Positions 61,694 through 64,000 of a DNA stretch of 64,000 bases are shown here, in pieces. Below the pieces are notes generated by a model that worked only from the letters and a program-made list of their open reading frames with translations, searched no databases and was not told the origin of the DNA. A program made the translations under genes and the position numbers. Each line of letters opens with the position of its first letter. Positions within the stretch are counted from its first letter, which is position 1. Location of the stretch: the NCBI GenBank assembly GCA_963789395.1, contig CAWBKP010000004.1, forward strand, positions 32,001-96,000, written 5' to 3'. The DNA comes from an uncultured delta proteobacterium. Its GTDB lineage: Bacteria > Desulfobacterota > Desulfobacteria > Desulfobacterales > Desulfatirhabdiaceae.

Positions 61694-62673
61694 ATGAAAG
61701 CCGAAGAAGAAAGACAATCATGTTATTTAACAGTCAGTTGACCAGGACATTCGGCTGCGCCTGGTGAAAACGGGACATGATGCAAGCCGGAACCTCGCGG
61801 AATTCTGCACGGCCCTGCAGCAGGCAGCGCCAAAAATCCGGATTGCCCATGAAAAAGAAGATTCCAGCCGCCCCTTCCGAGCTGCGGATTCATTCCCGGG
61901 TCCGCTACCGGTCGGTTCCGCTCGGCCATGAACTTGGCCCGTTTCTGAACGCGCTGTCCTGGATTTTTTGCGATCAGACGCCGCCCCCGCCGCCCCCCGC
62001 GCTTCTGGACGATCTGAGCCTGCCGGCGGAACTGAAACTCTATATTTCCGAACACTGCCCGTTCTGTCCCCGCATTGTGGAAAGCCTGGTTCCCCTTGCC
62101 CTTGCCAGCGCCTTTGTTCGACTGACGGTCATCGATGCCGGGCTGTTCACGGAAGACGCCCGAAACGACCGGGTTCAGTCGGTGCCCACGCTGATTCTGG
62201 ATTCGCAGTTCCGCTGGACCGGCACCGTCAATATCCGGGAAGTCGTGGAAGCAATGATTCACCGGGACCCTTCCCGGCTGGAAGCCGACACCCTCATGAA
62301 CCTGATCGCGGACGGCAATGCCGGGCTGCTGTCATCCATGATGCTGGAGAAAGACATGATATTTCCGGCCCTGGTGGCGCTTCTGGTTCATCCCAAATGG
62401 CCTGTCCGGCTCGGGGCCATGGTGGCCATGGAAAACGTCGCCGCGGAAAAACCGGCCCTTGCCCAAACCATCGTGTCCCCGCTGTGGGACCGCTTTGATG
62501 CGGCGGATGAAAAGGTGAAAGGGGATATTCTTTACCTGATCGGAGAAATTGATACCGGCGGGTCACTCCATCGCATACAGGACATCCTGAACACACCGGC
62601 GGATTATGACGAAGAAATCATCGAAGCCGCCGAAGAAGCCCTCGAAAAACAAAAGGCTTTTCTAAAAACATAA
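61694..62673 (+). CDS. Thioredoxin-fold (AhpF-N-like) protein with C-terminal HEAT-like repeats (frameshifted N-terminus)
   Basis: SVPLGHELGPFL, CPFCP, VQSVPT, WPVRLGAMVAME, KGDILYLIGE. Confidence 0.7.
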
Positions 62674-62763
62674 CAGCTCCCCGCGCCTGAAACGCTTTTC
62701 TCCCGGCCCTGCATTTTTGTTATTGACGGCACCCTTACTTTTATGTAAATATAACAAGATAAT

Positions 62764-62837
62764 TGAGGGATCGTCTAGCGGCAGGACGACGGGTTCTGGC
62801 CCCGTTAACCAAGGTTCGAATCCTTGTCCCTCAGCCA
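62764..62837 (+). tRNA. tRNA-Gln (anticodon CTG)
   Basis: TGAGGGA/TCCCTCA acceptor, ACGGG-TTCTGGC-CCCGT anticodon arm, GGTTCGAATCC, encoded CCA. Confidence 0.95.
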
Positions 62838-62845
62838 AATAAAAT

Positions 62846-62880
62846 CAAAGGGTTACGAAAATCACTCGTAACCCTTTTGT
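62846..62880 (+). terminator. Hairpin after tRNA overlapping an IHF-like site
   Basis: AAAGGGTTACGA...TCGTAACCCTTT(T); AATCAAAGGGTTA. Confidence 0.65.
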
Positions 62881-63255
62881 GCTTTTTAAGTCGAATCCTC
62901 GTTACCTTTTCGTTACCTTTGTAGAAATTGCCCTCCTGGATCAATCACGACCCATATAGATTGCCTCGTAAAATCTGACTGAAATTTTTCATTTGACCTG
63001 AATATCCATAAATGCTTTCATCACTGCCCGTCATAGCTCCGGGAAATGCCTTGCCCAAACAGAATATCCCTATGCGAAATATACGAAATGATGGGTCATC
63101 AGGATGTTTCTCAAACGAAACGAAGCTTGTTGACCTGCCAGATGGAAAGACAGGATGAAATTTCGTTCGAGACTATCTACCCAGAGCGAAAAAATGAACC
63201 CCCTTTATAGGCTTCACCAATTTATTTTCAGAAGAATTCGAAAAAGGATTTGAAG

Positions 63256-64000
63256 ATGTATAAATACAGCAAAATTGTTAGGGGCGACGCATATTATTTT
63301 TGGAGGTTGGAGGCTGAATTAGCTGAGCCTGGTTTGAATGACGCTGGTAGAAAAATTATTTTCGATGGGCTTGCCCGTTATCCATCACATCTTTTGGCGC
63401 TGGAAGCAGCGATGGCCGCTCATCGAGATATGCCTTGGCCAGAGGCTGAGGACAAAGAATATGTTTTGTTGATGGAATTAATGCATAAGCATTCTCAGAT
63501 CACCATATCTGATGTTAGGTTTAAACAAGTTTCGCAGGAAATAAAACTATACCGCGTGGAACAATCGTATTCCACACCGACTATACATGAATCCGAGAGC
63601 ATGTTTTCTGTCCCCAGATACGACCGATACGGAGATGCTGTGCTTAGAGAAATTCCCGTTGATAGGCTGGAACCAATAAATCCAGAAATTCACTATGTCT
63701 ATGTGGATGATATTGCAGCTCTTTTGCCGGAACCTGAACAACCCGAAGCTTCTCTATCTGAATGGCTTAACCCTGAAACATTGAACGAGATTGAAGAACT
63801 TTGGGAAGCACTATCTGAAAAACAGCGCAATCATATTCATAAGGAAAAAAATAAGGCGAAACAGATCACAAAATGGCAAATTGATAGGGCAACGTTGAAA
63901 GCTTTTCTCTTATCAGCAAATGCTGAACGGAAAAGCACTATTCCGGAAACCGTAATTAAATCACTATCGTTGAAATACAATGTCTCTCGTGAGAAAGAAG
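63256..64000 (+). CDS. Hypothetical protein, lower GC, runs off the window end
   Basis: Frame open from 63211 to the window end (MYKYSKIVRGDAYYFWRLEAELAEPG...); not in the ORF track because it has no stop. Confidence 0.55.
   Translation, partial: MYKYSKIVRGDAYYFWRLEAELAEPGLNDAGRKIIFDGLARYPSHLLALEAAMAAHRDMPWPEAEDKEYVLLMELMHKHSQITISDVRFKQVSQEIKLYRVEQSYSTPTIHESESMFSVPRYDRYGDAVLREIPVDRLEPINPEIHYVYVDDIAALLPEPEQPEASLSEWLNPETLNEIEELWEALSEKQRNHIHKEKNKAKQITKWQIDRATLKAFLLSANAERKSTIPETVIKSLSLKYNVSREKE

Overview
Chromosomal segment of a sulfate-reducer-like deltaproteobacterium (Desulfobacterales-like by gene content; inferred, not searched). Many genes are broken by single-base indels, even essential ones such as gltX, so most splits are probably long-read errors and are annotated here as whole genes. 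In order: a sensor kinase; fur-feoA/feoA/feoB; a double ATP-grasp protein; a polar amino-acid ABC transporter with an FAD/Fe-S oxidoreductase; an ECF sigma/zinc anti-sigma pair; mltA, rmuC, moaC; a sigma54-controlled polysulfide/thiosulfate-reductase-like operon; asnS, thyA, gyrB, dnaN; a candidate oriC; glgB; a YchF paralog; acetoacetyl-CoA synthetase; a hybrid kinase; an unusual rpmF-ACAD-fabG-acpP-fabF cluster; gltX; and tRNA-Gln followed by a probable island edge. Best signals missed by the ORF track: (1) a Sec-containing rhodanese/thioredoxin-fold fusion (CxxxxU plus SECIS-like hairpin) inside the molybdoenzyme operon; (2) a ~59-aa membrane micro-selenoprotein (UxxxxC plus perfect hairpin) leading the ECF sigma/anti-sigma operon; (3) a sigma54-driven ~75-nt sRNA with an anti-Shine-Dalgarno tract; (4) an oriC-like locus with variant DnaA boxes and no adjacent dnaA.
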